Shown here piece after piece: positions 37,793 to 52,062 of a stretch of 64,000 nucleotides of DNA. The DNA is from Octopus sinensis. Lineage: Eukaryota. The position numbers and the translations under genes are program-made. Location of the stretch: assembly GCF_006345805.1 (NCBI RefSeq), contig NC_043012.1:52142001-52206000 (forward strand), given 5' to 3'. Below the pieces are notes generated by a model that saw nothing but the letters and a program-made list of their open reading frames with translations, was not told the DNA's origin and did no database searches. The first letter of the stretch is position 1. Every line of letters begins with the position of its first letter.

Positions 37793-40599
37793 CGTGTGCG
37801 TGCGTGTGTGTGTGTCTGTGTCTGTGTCTGTGTCTGTGTCTCTGCGTGTGTCTGTGTGAATTTAATTTCTTTGTTAGTCATAATAATTTTTCTCCGAGGA
37901 AAAAAAATGTTGATTTTTAAGTAAGAAATCATAAGCCTCATCACTGAATTTCGGATATAAGATAATTGTAACATAGTGCACTTAGGGAAAGTCCTGTAAA
38001 GTCGATATATATCGTGCGAGTAAGCCGTCTGCTTTACTTGCCCGATGATTCTTGCTTTTCTATATTGTTACTAAGGCATTTATTAACATAACCAAGTCTG
38101 CCAATAATTATTAGGTATAGATGTGATTTTCTCATGACAATGGAGAAGCTGCCGGTTTCGTTGCAGCTGTGGATATGTATTCAAATCTCTTATTTCAGAG
38201 AAGATATTCTCAATTTACTGGACATCTTAACATTTCTACCTAAACATGATACTTCTTTTCGCCCCAAATTACTATGTCAGGTTTGTTTTGTTTGACTTGG
38301 TGGAAATTTTAATGGAAACGTTCCTCTATGTGTGCATATATCTACGTATTTATGTATTTCTATGTGTGCTCATGGATGGCAATGGCTGCCGTTTAGAATT
38401 TCTGCACACACATATATTCATAGATTTGTGCATTTTCTTTTTTGGTTTTCAAAATAAATGTCAATATCGTTATATGCAAAAATGTTTTATAACAAATGTG
38501 CATAAAATTTGGATCTATTAACAATATAAGGACATTATAAATAACCTTTATCACAAACAATAAACACTGTAAAATGTAACACTACAATCCTGAAACTACA
38601 TTTAGCTAGTATTTTTCAGTGAAATAAATCGTTATTCAAACATCAGATTAATCCACTTACGTAATTCAGATATGATATAGATTTTTTTCATAGTAAAATT
38701 ATTTTTTCATTCAACATATTTTTATAAAATGCATGTGACGTTCCACCTCTTAACCAAATTCTTTTCAGAAGGCCGTACACTAGATTCATTTTCGCTGTTA
38801 ACATGAATGCTACGATATAATAATGTTGACATTTCATTTGAGCATTTCAGTTCAGAAAGCTTGAAAATGCGAAAACAAGAGAGAAGAAAAATAATGGAGA
38901 TTTAAACTAAATAGAAAGGAAGAAATGTGCGTGTGAGTATGTGTGTGTGCGTGTGAGTATGTGTGTGTGTGTGTGTGTGTGTGCTATTGCTGGTGTATGT
39001 GTCGGTGTACACAGAGAAACAGACAAGTAGACGGCGACAGAAAGTGAGAGGCATATTGGTGAATAGATTTATAAAGCTAAATGTTAATGAACGAATGTAT
39101 GTATATATGCGTCTCTGTCTGTCTGTCTCTTTCTATATATATATGTATGTGTGTGTGTATGTATGTTATAAGACTACATGTATTAATATTTGTGGGAGGT
39201 TACATAGGTACAAACCTGTACGTATATATGAGTGCGTTCGTTTCTCGCCTCTTTGGGTATGTGTCATTGTGTATCTAGATGTATAGGCGTTTATTGTATG
39301 TATTAAGATTGTGTGAGTACGATTCTTACCGTTCCTACGTTTTCACAAAAGCAAATCTAATGTTTTAGATTATCTGCCAATTATTTAGGTTTTTTGCTGC
39401 TTTTTTGTTTGTTTTTTTTTGGACATTTTTTTTCAGGATCTGACAATGAAAGATTGAATAAAGAATAAAAGCTAGGAAGGTCCAATATCTCTTCAATCTA
39501 GCAATAACCAATATTGCTTTATTCTTTTCAGGCAATCTTTAATGCCCACTAATGGTGTTGATTGTGTGAATTATGAAAACCACCTTTTACACAAGAGCCA
39601 ATAATATTAATCAAAGAAATCTCTCCACACCCTACACACTATCGTTTTAAGCAGCCTGTGAACTAGCAGAGACAGAAAAGGGAAATGAAAAGACAAGAAA
39701 GAAAGAAAGAAAGAAAGAAAGAAAAAGAAAGAAAGAAGAGATAATAAACAATCAAAGAAAATAAAAGAGTAAAAATGAAGAAAGGCAGAAAAATGTACAA
39801 TAAATGTTAATGAAAGCCAATATATGAAGAAAAATTAATGAAAGAATTGATGAAATGAAATAGTAAAAATCTCTCAGAAGTAAAAGTGTTGAACAGGGGG
39901 AGATAACATGCTGATACGTAAAAGAACCGTATTCAAACGAACAGTGTATAAAACTAATGGTTAAAAGTAATAGAGGACAAAAATTAAAAAAAAAACATAA
40001 ATAAAAGCATAAATGAACAAGTTCAGAGGATTGTAAAAAAATAATAAATAATGTAAAACGTTAGAAATATCTATAATTTAAAGAAATATATAGAACCTCG
40101 ATTTCTATTGAATGTAGGCATTGTTATATATAAAAAAATATATATATAATTTCAAAGAAATGAGAATGCTATCTCTCTCTCGTTCTCCCTCTCTTTCTCT
40201 CTTTCTCCCCCTTTCACTCTCTTTCTCATTCTCTTTTCATACAAGCTTTTGTGTCTCTGAAATATAATTGACTCATCTTTCTCTGCAATTATATAGGTAA
40301 GTTAGAGTGAAATATATCCCATAAATAAACAAGATTACTCGAGTACTTCGTTGAAATGAAGTACATCTGGAACAAGCCACTCTAATCAAAACCATTTCTT
40401 CCCAACGGATACTTGTATAAAGGGTGAACCTATATCATACAAGGCTACCAAATAAGCAATTCTAATGGTGACACTCTATTACTTTTCGAGTATAACAGTT
40501 CAATTTTAAAATATTTATGATATTTCCTTCTTTTTTCTAAATGGGAATCATGTTCAACTTCAAATAGATGAAAGTCATCTCTTAAAGCTAAATAACGTA

Positions 40600-41200
40600 T
40601 CAGTGTCTCTACAGTTCAGAGAAGGGATCTCCAACATTCTTTAGTAATGAGGTATCGAATTATCTTTAGCAGGAAGAGTTGGTACCAGTAGATGACCATC
40701 GAGTCAGCAGAGTTTACAGCGATCCCTGTCACCTTTATACAAGATACTGGAATGTCATTGAAAATGCCATTGACTTGGAAGTTGGATTTATAACGGTGTA
40801 ATGGTATTGATAGAAAGAATAGATAATACAACGGGTATGGAAGATGATGGACTATCGAGGATGGTTGCAATTATCAGAGAGTAAATTGCGTATACGATAG
40901 CCGGGTCAAAATAGAGAAAATAGAAATTCGAATAACGGCTCCTTGTAGAGATGAAGTACTGATGTGGAATGTGAGGAGGAAAGAAATACTGGAAAGGGTA
41001 ATTGTATGTTAATTTGCTCATCATCGTTGGCAGGCAAGCTTTAACAGGTTCTGCACGATCCAGTGCGAGGAAGAACTGGAAATTTTGATCGGAGTTAGTC
41101 TCAGTGTTAGTACCTTGTCTAGAGAGCGAGTGTAGTTGTATCGTTTATAGGAAAAGGTTAAGTGATTTTACAGTGAATACGGTGGAACCAAGTAAATGAC
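40600..41200 (-). mobile_element. Old CR1/L2-like RT fragment
   Basis: Minus strand 'LYKGDRDRCKL' (~40745-40715) resembles the KKGDR..C..YRPI RT motif. Heavily decayed. Confidence 0.4.
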
Positions 41201-41599
41201 ACAATGAGCCGTAGGATTCTTTAAAAAATCCAATGTGATAGACTGAAGACGTAAACAAAAATGTGGGTATGAAAAGAGTTGTATGAAAAGAGATGTCACA
41301 GAAGTTAAATAGGAAATCCAAAGCTGGGGTGTAACAATATTACAGGAGATAAAAGAAGTTATCTGAAACGTGTGAAAATAATGGTGGCGATATATTCGAC
41401 ACAGATAGTTTCAATGTGTACTTTATGTACAGAACAACAGCCCTGAGTCCAGTAAACCTTTTGCGCGTCATATCAATCCCACAATCTACGCCTAACACTA
41501 ATTTTCTCCAATATCTTGGTGCATCTACAAAAATTTTCTTTTTCTTTTCGTGGGTAGTGAGAAAGTTTTGTTTCATTCTCTGATCAACTACTAGTTATT

Positions 41600-42284
41600 T
41601 CTCCATTTAGTCTGTACTCCTCATACTCAGCAATCAAATTGACTATTATTCTCAATTTATCTCTTCTCACAACTAACACCCCCTCCGACATCACTTTCCT
41701 ATTCGATGTCCCTCTACATTCACTATCATCCTACAGTTACTTGAAGCGAAAGTACGCGAGCTTCGTGATCTGGGGTAATACATAACAAACGCTAACCATA
41801 TCTACGCCTATTGCACACTCACATGCTATACTGTTTCTACTCCACTGTCTACCGCTTTCCGATGCCGGACATTTAGCTTCCTAGGAGATCAAGCGGATTA
41901 TGGGCGATGTTGTTATGTTGATGCGAGCACAATGAAGCACTCCATCTCCTCAGCAACTTCCATGTGTTTCTCAAGCTTCGTTGCCATCATACGCACCGCA
42001 GCAAACAATGTTCCTCTACTATCATACCCTAAATTTCATTGTGTGCACATTCCTTCCTGCGAATACACCCACAAACCAAAACAACGACCATCTCCGTTTG
42101 TTATTAACCCGCTCAAACCATCTCCATAGGCGCAGGAATGGCTGTGTGGTAAGTAGCTTGCTTATATCAACCACACGGCTCCGGGTTCAGTTCCACTACG
42201 TGGCACCTTGGGAACGTGTCTTCTACTATGGCCACAAATCCTTGTGAGTGGATTTGGTAGACGGAAACTGAAAGAAGCCTGTCG

Positions 42285-42373
<89 letters not shown>

Positions 42374-43280
42374 GATTGTGTGTCTGTGTTTGTCCCCCAC
42401 CCCCAACATCGCTTGACAACCGATGCTGGTATGTTTACGTCCCCGTTACTTAGCGGATCGGCAAAAGAGACCTATTGAATAAGTACTAGGCTTACAAAGA
42501 ATAAATCCTGGGGTCGATTTGCTCGACTAAAAGGCGGTACTCCAACATGGCCGCAGTCAAATGACTGAAACAAGTAAAAGAGTAAAGAGAGAGAGTATCT
42601 CTAAATAGTGTGACCAACACTTTTCTATTTTATAAACGGCACTCTTTTTCTACATTACTGCAACTCACCTATTACTTCTCCAAATCATCAACATACCTAC
42701 ATCCCCCTCCAATAAATTTTTACTGTGGACGGTATGTCGATTCTCACAACACAAAATTCATTCTTGATTAATTTTCAGCCAAGACTTTCACCTTATACGC
42801 TGGATCCGCCAAATAGCTGTAAGGTTTTATTTCCACTCAGTTTGGGTTTCAAAGGCAACGTTTCTGATATCTTCAATGACGCCTTATAAATATCTGCTAT
42901 CATCACTACGTATTCATTTTTATAATCTCAACATCTTTCTATTTCAAGTCTATCTTTTCCCATTTCTACTCTCTCTCCCTGTAATTCAGCTATCCCTCTT
43001 CTTTAGCCTCTTTTCTAGGAATCTACCTTTGAAGCTAAGCTCCAGCAAATGTTTTACGCCCATGCAGTATGAGATTAGACTATATTTGACGCAGTTGGCC
43101 ACACAGCTCGAACTAGTCACAATCTGTCACCCATTACCTAAACAACAACTAAATTAAGCATATCACTTTAAATTCTACATCTCCCCTCAGATTCTGGCTG
43201 TTCCAACTCAGTATTGCTCAAAATTTGCATTTTCTTTTCCCAATCTGACCTAGATCCAAATTTTCCTTTAAACATGTCCG
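41600..43280 (+). mobile_element. Old CR1-like LINE 3' portion interrupted by a SINE
   Basis: 'RELRDLG*YIT' at ~41755-41787 resembles the (V)RDLGV motif. C/T-rich composition continues on both sides of the SINE at 42128-42590. Confidence 0.35.
42128..42590 (+). mobile_element. tRNA-derived SINE with internal (TA)n(TG)n, full length
   Basis: Head 'ggctgtgtggtaagtagcttgc...ccgggttcagttccactacgtggcacc' (A/B boxes), internal microsatellite, and tail 'gtcaaatgactgaaacaagtaaaagagtaaag'. Confidence 0.93.
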
Positions 43281-43430
43281 TAACAGATGCGGCCTTTCCA
43301 TCAATGCTCGCCCAAGACAACCAGGAGACTTACCAGTTCCTGCTGTTGCCTTAATGCACTATTTGACAATTCTACTCATACACATTTGCATACTGTTCTT
43401 TCTGAACACGCTTACGAACATATACCTTCT

Positions 43431-43736
43431 TGTTGTTTGTTCCTTTTCGAGCCATGTCTGTCTCATAAGGGCCGGTTTCCCGGTTTCTTGGCGTATAGGT
43501 TCCCCACCTAGATGTGACGCCGGTCCGTCGCAGGTGAGCTTCAAGATGCAGGAGGAAAGAGTGAGAGAAAGTTGTGGCGAAAGAATCATCAGAAGTTCGC
43601 CATTACTTTCTGCCGGAGCCGCGTGGAGCTGAGGTGTTTTCGCTCATAAACACACGCATCGCCGTGTCTGAGATTCAAAGCCGCGATCCCTCGACCGCAA
43701 GTCCGCTGCTCTAACCACTACGCCATGCGCCTCCAC
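43431..43736 (-). mobile_element. tRNA-derived SINE, full length
   Basis: Reverse complement of 46340-46635; ends '...ctaaccactacgccatgcgcctccac'. Confidence 0.92.
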
Positions 43737-43749
43737 ATACACCTTCTTA

Positions 43750-44050
43750 GGAAGCATTGAAACAAGCGAGAATCTACACGGCCTCCATACATTTCATAAG
43801 GAATAGTTCTATCTATAAACATCAAGAGCATCAGAAATGACCAAACAAGCATCAGTAATTTCAACAGTGATTTCAAGTGACCAGCATTAATGTTTCGATG
43901 GTTTTATGCGGTCATTCTGGTATCTGCAGACGACCTAACTATTCAAAGAATGTTTGATAATATTTCAAAAAAACCTTAGACGATGGCTTCGTTTGAACTT
44001 GGCTGGTCCAGATCTAAAAAGGAAAAGTACAACAAAATATTTAGCAATAA
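43750..44050 (+). mobile_element. Old LINE RT fragment (family uncertain)
   Basis: 'VSADDLTI' (~43919-43943) resembles the YADD catalytic motif, followed by an LRLN-like segment. Confidence 0.3.
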
Positions 44051-44768
44051 TATAAATTTCAATGGACATATCAAACTAGAGTTTTTTTGCACCATAGATA
44101 TATACCATCATGAATGATCACAACAAGAACAACAAGAATGCCAGCAATAACATACGTGTGACCATTTAACTTAGTGTGTAACGTTTCGTTTTATTCCGTA
44201 TAACTTGTTTTATGAGACTTGTCTGAAACTTGTGACCGGCATAGAGGAAGCAGCTGCTACGGGAGGACTACATTAGAAAAGCGAATTGGTAAAGGAGACT
44301 TGCACTTATTTTAGGCACTTTTATGAGAAAATGGCCAATTCATGTTGTTTATGTTCTCTTTGAATTTCAGCATTCATGTACTAAAATACAAATACGAAAC
44401 GCACTCAAACGCATTGAGAAGAAGGAATAATAACAAAATATTACAAATAAAAAGGATAGCAAATACGTATATTACTCACAACTGACATATATGTATCTCT
44501 CACTATCAGTGTAGCTATTCAGCCTTCAATATACACATACATACAGGCATATATATATGTGTGTGCGTGTGTCTATGTATGTATGACGTACATGTACATT
44601 TGTATGTATATGTAAGTGTATTAGTAATCCAGAACTATTGAAGCAAACGTTGTTAAAATATACAGAGAACTATACATGCTTACATACAAGCATTCACACA
44701 TACACACATACAACAAACATGCATCCATCACCCACATATATATATATATATATCTATAAACATATATG

Positions 44769-44800
<32 letters not shown>

Positions 44801-44929
44801 CATATATACATATACAAATCTTTGTATAGGCGGGTTGTAAAATAAAGTACCAATCAGAGTTTGTGGAGGATAATGCTTCATCAAAATCGATCACTTCATC
44901 TGTGTATTTATAAATTTACCCATATGTAT

Positions 44930-45062
44930 TCATATATAACATTCATCGAAGAGCGTAGGCTCGAAACGTAAAATGCTTTTTTTAATCCTGAGCGCTATAC
45001 TAATACATTTGTTTGTTTGTACTCCACCTGCCTTCGTCTTTTGTTTATTTTCGTAAACTTTC
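44930..45062 (+). mobile_element. Penelope-type terminal repeat fragment with hammerhead-like motif
   Basis: 'cgaagagcgtaggctcgaaacgta': a GAGC/GCTC stem followed by GAAAC-GTA. This arrangement is known from Penelope pLTR minimal hammerheads. Confidence 0.5.
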
Positions 45063-45068
45063 CTTTAC

Positions 45069-45180
<112 letters not shown>

Positions 45181-45242
45181 GTAGGTAGGTAGACAGATGT
45201 ATATCTACACATACACACATGCACACTCATACACATACATGC

Positions 45243-45307
<65 letters not shown>

Positions 45308-46106
45308 TGTATACCTGTGTATGTGTATACGCACGCACATTATATGGTTCAGCTGCCTTACATCAATGTGTAGCTAGCTGAGTCCCTCCAGAAATACAAA
45401 TCTTTCAAAGAAATACCAAGCTGTGAGTAATAGCGATTGGTATGGTCACTATTAGAATACGGTAGTTGTGTTGAATTTACTTTGGCGTATTTCGCTTTTT
45501 CGAATTAGCAATATACACCCTGTACACGCTTTGATTTCATTTGAAACATTTCTCTAACCTTAAATCGACACATTATTTTTGAAAGCATTCTTTCTTCCAC
45601 CACGCCAATTCTACGATAGCTAGCCACTACATTCATCACCCTACGTTTTTCTTTTTGCTTTTCACCTTTAATATTACAATTTCGTTATCATGTCACCTAT
45701 ATCTTGCGACTTTCATGTATATTCTACATGTTTTCATTATTGAAACGACCCAGCAAATTTAATTCCCCGATTCCCCGATCCACTTCCTTTAACATTTCTC
45801 CTCTTTACCATCGGTTTCATTTAACCGTGGCACATATTTAGTTCTAGATATCAAACTTTACTTGAGAGTAACCGTAGAATGCTATAATAAATATGCCAGT
45901 ATGTTCCTTTTGTCTACCTTAATGTGTTTCAAAGTGGTTGAGTTGTTTGAATCGTGAAATTGATTTTCAAATTATAAGTGTCAACATTCGACAAGGTAAT
46001 ACTTAAAAACAAAAAAATTACAACCGACAGTTCAAGCACTATTATCTTTTATCGTATATAATTTCGTTGAATCTAATAATTCTTGACATTCCTAAATTTT
46101 CAATTT

Positions 46107-46168
<62 letters not shown>

Positions 46169-46339
46169 AAGATTATTTGTACATTTTTTCTGTTTTTCAT
46201 AATATACCGTTACATTTATCAATTCTTGGTTTTGATATATACCGTAAAATTAATTCCTATTATATTGCTTTTAAAATTTTTTACTATATATTTTTTAAAG
46301 AATATATTAAATCTCATGTTTTTTTCCATCTCTAGCACA

Positions 46340-46635
46340 GTGGAGGCACATGGCCTAGTGGTTAGAGCAGCGGACTTGCGGTCGAGAGATGACGGGTTCG
46401 AATCTCAGACCGAACAACGTGTGTGTTTATGAGCGAAATACCCAAGCTCCACGCGGCTCCAGCAGGAGGTAATGGCAAAACTTCTGCTGACTCTTTCGCC
46501 ACAACTTTCTCTAACTCTTTCCTCTTGCCGCTCACCTGCGATGGACCGGCGTCCCGTACAGGTGGGGAACCTATACGCCAACAAACTGGAAAACCGGCCC
46601 TTATGAGCCAGGCATGGCTCGAGAAGGAACAAACA
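46340..46635 (+). mobile_element. tRNA-derived SINE, full length
   Basis: A box 'tggcctagtgg', B box 'gggttcgaatctc', non-tRNA body, tail 'gagaaggaacaaaca'. No tRNA acceptor 3' half or CCA. Confidence 0.92.
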
Positions 46636-47174
46636 TCTCTAGCACACACATTCATAATACCTTATTGAAGTATGACCCGTTTTACAAACGTTTTCTCTTT
46701 TGCTGCATTTAGTTATCTCAGTTAACAGTGTACCCCTCTACTTGGTTCAACATACGTATGTGCGTATGTGTGTGTAGGTATGCGTGTGTGAGTGTGTTTG
46801 AGTTTGTCAACGCGCATGTGTACATGAGCGTGTGTAGGCGAGTGTTCACGTAGATATTTGTGTGTGTTCGCCTCTACGTTTAAGGAGGCGAATTAAAGGG
46901 TTGTAGCGGAGGCATAAGTTTGTGGAGTCAGTCTACGTTTTGCTTACGCATTGATGGTTGGGAACCCTGTCTTTCTTTGTATAGCAGCCAGGGCTGGGGA
47001 ACAGCCGATGATAAGGTGGTTTGAAGTTCACCAAGAGGGCGTACCCAGCACATACACCCGTTTAGATGCAGGGACAAAGAGAATTCTGCTTCTTTGTCTC
47101 GTTTCCACTGGAGGCTCCGTGACCTCCAGAATAAAACACCCAGTATCGAATGAACCAGAACGTTCCACTCCAGA

Positions 47175-47760
47175 GAGCAATATCTCATCATTTCCCTATT
47201 CTCTTTTGTACGGTCACAACTAGAATACTACTGACTCTGTGGTCTCTCGGCAATAAACTAAACATTACGTGTGTTGAGTCACCCCAGAGAGCAATCACTA
47301 AGAAAATATTGGGCTTAACTAATCTTGATCACTGAACTGCCGTAAAACATTGACTCGTTATTCTCTCTAGCTCTGCCGTGAGCGCTATATCATTTGAGCA
47401 ATATGGAGAAAATACAACTAGTATTAACCAAACGAATTTGACATCAGATTAGGATCCATCTAAGGCTGAGGCCACTGTCATGCACCTTCTACATAATTTA
47501 GGCACACAACACACAAATTCACTGCAACATAATTTCTTTTCATCAACAGGCACTGCTTTACTTATCCCAAATGAAGTCGAAGAAAAAGATCCAATTACCT
47601 TCAAATGTATGCTGGACAAATTTCTTCAAAGGATAAAAGATAAATCAGCTATACATGAACACCTTACATTCAACAATAATTCTTGGATGGGCCATGGTAC
47701 CACAAAGCCTGATTTAAAGATGGCTTTACAGATCCTATCATTTTGTATTATTAAGTTATT
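47175..47760 (+). mobile_element. CR1-clade LINE 3' end, 5'-truncated and decayed
   Basis: FVRSQLEYY*..WSLGNKLNITCVESPQRAITKKILG matches the VRP.LEY...WSP......LE.VQR.FTK motif. Later LQHNFFS.......IPNEV...FKCMLDKFL matches the CR1 C-terminus. Confidence 0.8.
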
Positions 47761-48894
47761 TTTGTGTGTCCAATCTTTGACCGAAACATACTTAAGTCTG
47801 GTCAAATCTTTGGCCGAAACATATCGAAGTTATCTAAATTATCTATTAGTATGTTTGAATTTGGGGTTAATCGGAAGGAAGAATAGTACAGATGGAAATA
47901 GGTATGCGCTGAGGAAGAAATTAGAAACATTAGGCTCAGGCTAATATGTAATATTCTGCCAAGTGCTGGAGATAATTCAAGGAATATGTTGAGGCCTTTT
48001 CTAACCGGGAAAAATAAACGCTTAGTACATCGATAAATGTAGATTGTACGCAACTCAGTGAATAGATAACCTAGAAATGCCATCTAGCAAAATAATAATT
48101 TTTAAGATTAATTTTAACATATTTAATGAAGGGATCATTGAGTTAACTGGAAATAACGATGCAGTAAGGAAGGGAATATATTAGTCAGTAAACGACTAAT
48201 ATCATTTTTATTATATTGGTAAGTACGTGGCTTCAAACGTAATGGGATATGCAGAAAACGATTTATCCTAGATAGCTAGTGAAGACGAAGAATAATTCGA
48301 AGACACAAAAGGTTCTTTACGTCTACCATATTGCAGGACATACTGTCACATAAGTAAACAATTCAATTTCTATATAGGCAATAAGTTTGTTATGAATGTA
48401 TATATGTTCGCAAATAAGTACATTTGCCATTCCACCAGTAAGCTATTAAGTCGACAATGTGTGCTATAATTTAAATTATTACCAATCTATGTACATGTTT
48501 TTAAAGATGCAGTGATACAGATATGAAAATAGTCAACTTAATACGCTATATGATCGAAGGATACACGAGGGAAATATTTTCAAAATTAATGTAAACAAGA
48601 AACAAAAATCTACATATATGTTGTATATCTTCGAGAATGATGTAAAGGAATTTAAAACTAATGCTTACTGGGTCGAAAATGGTTTTACTACAACCCTCTA
48701 GAGACGTAAATATCAAAACACTGTAAGTTATGCTGTGGAAGAAAATTATATCTTTAGAACATTTATTTCGAAAAATGAAGCTTCATTTCAGGCAGATAAA
48801 CAAATTTAAATATACATTGAATCACATTTACCGACATATATATTATCATAAATATCACCGCTAAACATTCTCAAACACGCGCGAACACACGCGG

Positions 48895-49008
<114 letters not shown>

Positions 49009-49014
49009 CTTAAG

Positions 49015-49046
<32 letters not shown>

Positions 49047-49424
49047 ATATTATATATATATGCATATATCTTGCGTATATATATGTATATATATACATAT
49101 ATATATATAGATGTATAGGTGTAGGTATATACATGTATAAAATGTATATATCATGCATAAATGCACACAGCATAAATGACGTTACATAAGCACATGTATG
49201 TATAGATATACACATACACTTACAATACGTATTTGCATATATATTGGTACATAAATAAATACTGACACAGCAGGGAGTTTAAGAATGTTGGTTGTAGGCA
49301 CGCTATCGTATGTTCGCTCCCACTGGGCAAATGTGTTTTACACTATATTCTTATTGACTGTTTGAGCACAAACAAGCGTGCGTGAAATTTGAAAGATGAA
49401 AAACCGAATAGAAACAATCATAAC

Positions 49425-49830
49425 ATGACTGTGTGGAAAGTAGCTTGCTTACCAACCACATGGTTCCGGGTTCATTCCCACTGCGTGGCATCTTGAGCAA
49501 GCGTCTTCTGCTATAGCCCCGGGCCGACCAATGCCTTGTGAGTGGATTTGGTAGACGGAAACTGAAAGAAGCCTGTCGTATATATGTATATATATATATG
49601 AATGTGTGCGTTTGTGTGTCTGTGTTTGGCCCCCTAGCATTGCTTGACAACCGATTCTGGCGTGTTTACGTCCCCGTCATTAGCGGTTCGGCAAAAGAGA
49701 CCGATAGAATAAGTACTGAAACTTACAAAGAATAAGTCCCGGGGTCGATTTGCTCGACTAAAGGTGGTGCTCCATCATGGCCGCAGTCAAATGACTGAAA
49801 CAAGTAAAAGAGTAAAAGAGTAAAAAGAGT
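49425..49830 (+). mobile_element. tRNA-derived SINE (42128-type family), full length
   Basis: Same head, body and (gagtaaaa)n tail as 42128-42590. Confidence 0.93.
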
Positions 49831-49850
49831 ATATATATATATATAAGTAT

Positions 49851-49950
49851 AGATGGATGGATGGATGGATGGATGGATGGATGGATGGATAGATGGATGG
49901 ATGGATGATGGATGGATGGATGGATGGACGGACGGATGGATGGATAGATG
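49851..49950. repeat. (GGAT)n tetranucleotide microsatellite
   Basis: Visible directly. Confidence 0.95.
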
Positions 49951-49974
49951 GCTATACCAGTTCAGTAACAGTAA

Positions 49975-51470
49975 GTGAAAAATTAACCATTTGCGCTAAA
50001 TGGATGATCTGAAGCTTTTTAGTACGAATGGAAAAGAGGCAGATTCCTTAATACCGACTGCAAGACTCTTCAGCAAATATATGGGCATGGAATTTGGCAT
50101 AGATAAGTATGCAATATTAGACATGAGAATGGGGCATGTAGTCAACAGTAAAAGCATCCAGTTCCCAGATGGCTTGACGTTAAAATCATTGAAAGGAGGA
50201 GTGAGTTATAGGTATCTAGGAGTATTAGCATCCGATAGAGTACTAACTATAAAAAGGAAAACTAAAATTGAGAAGGAATACATCAGAACGGCTAGGAAGC
50301 TAATGAAGTCAAAGCTAAATGGTCAGAATCTAGTGAAAGCTGTAAATACTTGGGCAGCATCATTAGCTCGATACTCAGCTTCTTTTCTAGATTGGACAAA
50401 AACTTAATTACCAAGGCTATACATAAGAACTAGGAAGGAATTCAATATGAATGGAAGACTCCGCCCAAAGGCAAGAGTAGCAAGATTATTCTTACCTGGA
50501 ATGGAAAGCGAAAGGGGGTTAATATCAATAGAAGACTGCGTGGAGTTAGCTTGAGTAGATATAGACTCCTATGTAGGTACTCGTGAAGAAAGAGTATTAA
50601 AAACTACTAAAGTTACAGCAAGATATAGAGAAACGAAAAGCCCGAAGTTGAAAGCCAGAAAAAATGTGAAGGCGTTGCATGACAGATTTCCGTAGATAGT
50701 TGCGGCAACAGTAGTAGTGATACATTGTTATAGTTGCAGCAAGGAAATCTGAAGAGGGAAATAGAAAGTTTATTAGTAGCTGCATAAGACCAAGCATTAA
50801 GGACTTATTGGATAAAAGCCAAGAAAAACAAATTGATTCCCAATGTAGGTTATGTAAATCAAAAGAAGAAAGCGTTACTTATGTAGTAAGTGAATGTAGC
50901 ATGCTGACACAGAAAGAATACAAGAAAAGACATGACAGCCTAGGGATAGTAAACCATTTGGAGTTACGTAGAAAGCTAGGATTTGAGCATACTGATAAAT
51001 GGTATGAATATGAACTTAGTAAAGTATTAGAAAGTTAAAACATATTAGATTTTGTAGGACTATAAGTTTCAGACTGCGAGAGTAATAGAACTCGAGGGCC
51101 TGATTTAGTAGTTGTAGACAAAAAGAATAGAAAACACCAGATAATTGACTTTACAGTCCAAGATGATGAGAAAATCAATATGAAAGGTATATAAAAATAG
51201 GAAAATACCAGAACCTAGCCATCGAATGACAGAGACCATGGAAAGTGCAGGTAAAATGTATCCCAGTAGTTATAGGTGCATTGGGAACTATCCATAGACA
51301 TTTGATCAGATGGATAAAGGAAATAGGCATAAAATTCAGTTTTGTACAGTTCCAAAAAACATTGTTATTGGAAACCGCTAGGATACTTAGGAGGATCCTA
51401 GGCATCTAAGTTTACTTGTAGCCCAATGTTAAGATCTTTTCTTTTTTCAACAGTCTAATCTGTTGTGTGT
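49975..51470 (+). mobile_element. R4/Dong-type non-LTR retrotransposon (RT + CCHC + restriction-like endonuclease), 5'-truncated and pseudogenised
   Basis: MDDLKLF..GMEFGIDK..YRYLGV..KSKLNGQNLVKAVNTWA (ORF 50000-50407); CRLCKSKEESVTYVVSEC..YKKRHD (ORF 50808-51038); PDLVVVDKKNRKHQIIDF REL motif at 51099. Confidence 0.9.
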
Positions 51471-51486
51471 ATATGAAAATAGCAAA

Positions 51487-51905
51487 TATTCTGATCAGTA
51501 CCACAGATTTGCTTGTCATTTATTTGGCCTTAACCAGTTGAGCATGTCCCTTAGTGGTTGACGGTATGTGCATCTCTGATCACGAGCAGAAATAGTGGGG
51601 GAGTATCATAGCTATGTGCTAAGAGTATTTCTTTGGGGTTTGGATAATTCACATTTGGAAACATAGGTGTTACGTTCAACATCCTTAAACAAACCTTATT
51701 CAGGGACCTTTTTGAGCGGGATGGGCTATTTGACCTGCATAAAACTCTAACTGGGTCCCACCTGCAAGATCATGTGCTGTTTATCTTGATATGTGATCAC
51801 TATGTCACGCACATGTGGTTGTGATGCATGAACCTGGTGTACTCTTATAGGACGGGTAGTCACGATGGGTATCCTGGGCTTCGTACATTTTTCACTTTGA
51901 TGGCG
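51487..51905. repeat. ~420-bp interspersed repeat of unknown class
   Basis: GC-balanced non-coding block between the R4 3' end and an (AAT)n array. I recall it as an abundant octopus repeat, unverified. Confidence 0.5.
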
Positions 51906-51949
51906 AATAATAATATTTGAAAAGAATTGATGTAACTTTTGTCTGTATC

Positions 51950-51971
51950 AATAATAATAATAATAATAATA

Positions 51972-52031
<60 letters not shown>

Positions 52032-52062
52032 TAATGGTGATGATGATGATGATGATGATGAT
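51950..52062. repeat. (AAT)n-(GAT)n compound microsatellite
   Basis: Visible directly. Confidence 0.95.

Noticed and set aside
46340-46412. tRNA genes at SINE heads (also 11931, 43736, 42128, 49425)
   Set aside because: A and B boxes are present, but there is no closing acceptor stem and the sequence runs into shared SINE bodies.
47770-47830. Tandem 'tctttg(a/g)ccgaaacata' as a hammerhead dimer
   Set aside because: A stem II plus GAAAC exists, but there is no CUGANGA core and no stem III/UH triplet. It is more likely a LINE tail duplication.
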